A stretch of DNA of 63,823 nt, filler included, from Licmophora abbreviata (lineage: Eukaryota): assembly GCA_900291995.1 (NCBI GenBank). It is 8 parts of 8 records of this genome, joined end to end, with 100 filler letters (N's around TTAATTAATTAA, not from the genome) between each part and the next. Parts side by side here need not be neighbours in the genome. Positions count along the whole stretch, not along the records: positions 59,328 to 61,908 come from OLMU01000249.1; positions 62,009 to 63,823 come from OLMU01000253.1; 6 more parts are not named here. One strand, given 5' to 3'. The notes under the pieces were generated by a model. That model had not been told where the DNA came from and did not search any database. It saw only the letters and a program-made list of their open reading frames with translations. The stretch's first letter is position 1, and every line of letters starts with the position of its first letter. The position numbers and the translations under genes were made by a program. Shown in pieces: positions 59,369 through 63,823 of this stretch.

Positions 59369-59657
59369 CTTTCCTTTTATAAATGGGTGTGCATAAGTCT
59401 GACTAGTCTACCAAGGTACGAGGCTAACTTGTGGCACCTTGTGACTTCATGAATGAAAAAAAAATGGCACCTAGCAACAGGGTGGTTTACAACTTTAATT
59501 GTATAATCAGTTAGAGCACTAGAATGGTGGCATGCCCTGAACTAATTTTGATGTGGTTGTTCGGCAGGGTGGCGTTAGTCTAAACGACGCAATGCAATGG
59601 ATGCATGATATCTGAATATGATCTCTATCGAGACATGTTCGTCCAGTGAAAGTGGTC

Positions 59658-59705
59658 ATCAAGCTATGAAAGGATCAAGCTATGAAAGGATCAAGCTATG
59701 AAAGG
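59658..59705. repeat. Three perfect copies of a 16-bp tandem repeat
   Basis: (ATCAAGCTATGAAAGG)3. Confidence 0.95.
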
Positions 59706-59861
59706 ACCCCTACTGGATACTCGCATTTCAAAAATATAGCTAAAACAGGATTGTCATGGAGACGAACGCTTCGAATACCGCTACTCCACTCTAGTGATAC
59801 CCAACAAACCACGTACCGGTACGATCAAGCCCACTCACATTCTACGATTATATGTAATATT

Positions 59862-61576
59862 TTAAAGCTCATCGCGGTTGTGAGGCATTTCCAGGAGCTC
59901 CATGAATCCTAACCCTCGGGGGACGATGGAGAATTTATTCCATTCTGCGTGAGATGTGAAGAAGTGCGCCTTAATGTGCTCCATGTTGCACGTCTTGGAC
60001 ACTCCGTCTATCTGATAAATTTCGCGGCAGTAGTTGAGTAGTGACGGTGTCAACATGACAAGTCTCGTGTTGGCTCTGAAATAGAATGCAAACACCTCAT
60101 CGAAACGCAACAGTGATACGAAGAGGCGGATATCAGCGTCGGTCAGAGTGTCTCCAGTCAAGAATCGCTGCGTCTGCAGAAGTTCGTCTGCCTTGTCGAA
60201 TGCTTCTGTAAGTTCCGCAATGGCTTCGTTGTAAGCGTCTTGCGTCTTAGCAAAGCCGCAACGGTAGACGCCGTGGATCATCATGGGAGCAATCAAGTCG
60301 ATAGCCTGGTGAAGTGTCTCCGGGTCATCTTCAGTGTAGAGATCCAAATCGGGATTCTTCGCAAAATCGTTGAAGCGGGAATTGAACATATATGAGATAT
60401 CTGAAGACTCGTTATTAACGATGGTGTTCAACTTCTTGTCCCAGAGAATCGGGACCGTGTACTTTCGAGCCGTATCACCGGCTGTTTCGTAAACATCTCG
60501 AACGCTCGACAATCCAAAAAGAGGATCTGGTTGGCTACCAGGGAACGCGGACGGGAACGGGCCTCCTTTTCCGGCTGTGTTGGGACATGGCTCGCCGTCA
60601 GGGTCCGAAAAGACCCATCCTCGTTGGTCCTTCTTGTCTGTCTCTTTGGTTGTCAAGCGCCAGGTCGGATGAACAATCGTAATTTCTATGCACTCTTCGA
60701 GTCCCTTCAGGGATCGAACAATCAAGGCGCGGTGGGATCCCGGACACGCGAAGGAGGCATAGAGATGGTATCTTCCACTTTCTGGCTGGAACTGACTTTC
60801 GGGATCGGAGCTCACGAAATCGCGCCAAGCGGTCTCGTCGGGTTCCATTGTTGTGATGGGAGTGCCCATGTGGCGGCTTTTGCGACGAGAGCCACTCGGT
60901 TTGGGAGACACGCAATCTTCACTCAGAGCCGCTTGCGTCACTCGTTTAGCCATTCTGTTTTCCACATCAGCAGCTGAGGCATCTCTCGTTCCATCGAGGA
61001 ATGACTTGTCAATGTCCAGTCGTCCAACCGTGATCTCCGACCTCTTCTCGTGTGCGTCACTATCGGGATCTTCAAGAGCCTCAGAGATGGAATTCATACC
61101 ATTCTCAAACAAGCGTCCCTGAACAGGGGACAAAGTACCTTTTCCATCGCTCATCGAAAGCGACTTGTGCTGCGACATAGTCATGCGATAGCCTCGCAGC
61201 AACGCTTCCGCCTCCTGGCGCCGCTGGCGCATTTCCTTCTCGCGTTGCCGTTGTTGAAAGTACCACGCATCCATTCCATCCGCAGACAGATTTGGCGGGG
61301 GCTTCGGTCCGGCCTCAAACTTTTTCTTATCACGCATGCTGGTTAAAAAGGCCTGTGCCTCTTCAGGCGTTGTCAGAGGCGAAGTTACTGTGTTCAGTGA
61401 TGGAGGTACGTGCGAGTGAGTGGAGTCGACCTGGTCAATTTGACGAAAAAGCGCGACGGAAATCATCAAAATGACTTACAATCTTTCAGTTTATCCCTCT
61501 GATGGGTCGCTAGATGTCTCTGGCGGAGCTCATTGAGCTCGCGTTGGACGCGGCTCGAGCCTTTCTCTTCCGTCAT
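59862..61576 (-). CDS. Glutathionyl-hydroquinone reductase-like GST (Xi class, YqjG/ECM4) with long N-terminal extension
   Basis: GRYHLYASFACPGSHR, YTVPILWDKK..IVNNESSDI, GVYRCGFA, ADIRLFVSLLRFD, EHIKAHF. Intron 61388-61479. Confidence 0.88.
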
Positions 61577-61908
61577 TGCAGTCAGACTCTCCGGCGGTGT
61601 GTGAATTGTGTCGATGTTCAATGTGTTCGGTCTTCGCCATTTTGTGGCCGCACGGCAGTCGAAAAGAGCGCGCTGCCCCAGAGAAGAAATGCCAGTCAAC
61701 GTATCTTCTACTAATGATCTATGAGTATAATTTTACATAGATAAAATAATCCTAAATAAATAATATATATAATAGCGGATACAAGTTCCCTAAAGAACGT
61801 AATCGTGTGATTGTACATAGAATGCCTATATGATTTTAAATAATATATATATATACACAAGCGCATCTCGCTTCCCGCCAAAATCAAAATAGAAATCTTC
61901 AGGGCGCG

Positions 61909-62008
61909 NNNNNNNNNNNNNNNNNNNNNNNNNNNNNNNNNNNNNNNNNNNNTTAATTAATTAANNNNNNNNNNNNNNNNNNNNNNNNNNNNNNNNNNNN
62001 NNNNNNNN
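61909..62008. other. Artificial scaffold linker
   Basis: N44-TTAATTAATTAA-N44. Confidence 0.98.
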
Positions 62009-62066
62009 ATGACACACCACTCTCAGTACAGCATGCTAACGCTGCTCGTAACTTTCTCTACCTTAG

Positions 62067-63823
62067 AACACAAACCCCCCAGCACCCCTGTGGTCAGAGA
62101 CTTCGCGATGGCGCCAAAACATTCAGGTCGGAGATACGGTGGAGATACGAGAGTCCAGTTCAGCAGCTGTCCGACCGAAGTGGTATCGTGGTACCATCCG
62201 GAAGACAGCCGGAGAGAAAGACGAAATTCGGGAAATTGTTGGTGGTGCTGAGCTCGAATATCTTGAAAAGGATAAGTCGCGTAAAAATGGGAAGAATATG
62301 CCTCTCCTTTTGCTCTATCGATCGCGGCAGGTACTGGTCGATGTCCCACAAGAATACTTAGGGGATGGTACCGAGCTGAGCTATGAATCTTCCAAAGAAC
62401 TTGTGGCGCACCCACCATTCCTTCGCTGGGCCAACCTTTACGGCGAAGAGATTTGTCTCCCTGGTACGCACTTGAAGCAAGAGTACACAGATGGACCGGC
62501 GACAGTGGATTATGCCTTCGATTCTCGTCGGCCGCCGGTCGAGATCATGAAGTCTTTCAACAACAGGCACGGCGCAGGGTTTGTTCGAGAGTCTCTCCGA
62601 GGTGTTCCTCCCGCGCCCGGGTCTGTTGGATTTCAGAATTTGGGCAATTCATGGTGCGTTATGTCCGCTCTCATGTGCTGTTATTACGTTATCCGCTTCT
62701 TACCTAACTGCCGTCCACCCCTCTTCAGCTTTCTGAACTCGGTTGTTCAATGTTTGAATCACATTGAAATTCTCACCAATTTTTTTGTCCAGGGCACATA
62801 TATGACGGACTTGAATAGAAGAAATCCTCTTGGGAGCGCGGGGAGAGTTGCCACCGCTTACGCTGCTCTTCTTATTGAAATTTGGAGCGGTCAGTACTCG
62901 ATATTGGCACCACGAACGTTAAAGCAAACCGTGGCCAGCTTCGCCCCACAATTCAACAACCTCTATCAACATGATAGTCATGAGTTCTGCTCCTTCCTCA
63001 TGGATGGTATCCATGAGGTGAGTCTCCTTCTTATTATATTGTGCTAATTGCGTTTTTACCGTGATCTAAATCCTGTAATACATCTGTCTACAGGACCTGA
63101 ACCGAGTCAAGATGAAGCCTTACGTAGAAGAATTGGAAGGATTTGGGATGGAGGACGACAAGGCTGCGATTGAATCTTGGCGAAAGCATCTGCTGCGACA
63201 CGACAGTATCGTTGTTGATCACTGTCAGGGCATGCACCGAAGTCACGTCACGTGTCCACTCTGTGGCAAGGAGAGCATCAAGTTTGACGTGTATTCCTCC
63301 ATATCGCTCCCCGTCCAGCGTGAAAAGGAGGTCACTTCGATCAAGCTTTCGGACTGCTTCGAAAGGTTCACAGAAGGCGAACAGCTGGATGAACGCAACG
63401 CATGGTACTGTCAGGGTTGCAAAAAGCACGTGTGTGCTCTCAAGATGATTGCTCTGTGGTCTGTCCCCGACATTTTGATTCTCCACTTGAAGCGCTTCAC
63501 TTTTTGCAATCGGAACGGGAAGGTCGTTCGGAGTAAGGTCGAAGATCGTGTGGATTTCCCAATTGATGGCCTTGATATGTCCAGCTACATCCTCGGTCCA
63601 ACCGACGAAAACGCGCCCCCGGTGTACAACGTAAGTAATGGACAACCTGCTGCTGCACCCGACACGATCATTGTCGATATCTGGGCTCACACCAACGGTT
63701 TCAACCACGTTATCCTGCTCTAGCTATTTGGTGTTAGCGAACACAGCGGATCCGCTGCAAATAGCGGCCATTACACTGCGACGGTGAGAAACTCCAAGGA
63801 CGGCAAGTGGTACCGCTACAACG
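62067..63823 (+). CDS. Ubiquitin-specific protease (USP/C19 family), partial at both ends
   Basis: Cys box GFQNLGNSCFLNS after splicing 62654-62728; QHDSHEF, HEDLNRV, LHLKRF; His box SGHYTA. Further introns 63018-63093 and 63631-63723. Confidence 0.92.

Noticed and set aside
59328..59460. A second permuted tRNA (3' half of tRNA-Ser with no 5' half)
   Set aside because: The 5' half is simply cut off by the gap. A T4 terminator follows directly and no GACACTG-like 5' half is seen downstream.
59525..59580. Hairpin with Sm-site-like AATTTTG suggesting an snRNA
   Set aside because: No recognisable U1, U2, U4 or U5 sequence, and the pairing is weak.
18621..62008. Recurrent TTAATTAATTAA flanked by Ns as a repeat, CRISPR or transposon end
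   Set aside because: It is an identical 100-bp synthetic linker used to join contigs.

Overview
Gene-dense eukaryotic nuclear DNA, most likely a pennate diatom. Evidence: about 50% GC, short GT-AG introns of mostly 74-140 bp, and several signal peptide + 'AF' bipartite plastid presequences. The window is eight contigs joined by artificial 100-bp linkers (N44-TTAATTAATTAA-N44). It holds about 33 protein genes, including gamma-tubulin, PLK1, MCM3, RFC1, AMP deaminase, CCA-adding enzyme, LSm2, RPC5, PPT1, the ATG11 C-terminus, ACADS, MATE, SulP, three TLC-domain paralogs and a USP. The standout feature is a circularly permuted tRNA-Ile(UAU) gene on the minus strand at 41858-41941. Its 3' half (nt 38-73) is encoded upstream of its 5' half (nt 1-37), separated by an 11-nt spacer. 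It has an upstream TATA box and a downstream T6 terminator, and its leader and trailer pair into a bulge-helix-bulge-like structure exactly at the 37/38 junction. Other points of interest: a tandem pair of small orphan repeat proteins, an intronless secreted protein resembling a prokaryotic family, a plastid-targeted SulP transporter, a Xi-class GST with an altered active site, and three single-base frameshifts that are probably assembly errors. All family assignments are from motif recognition; no database searches were run.
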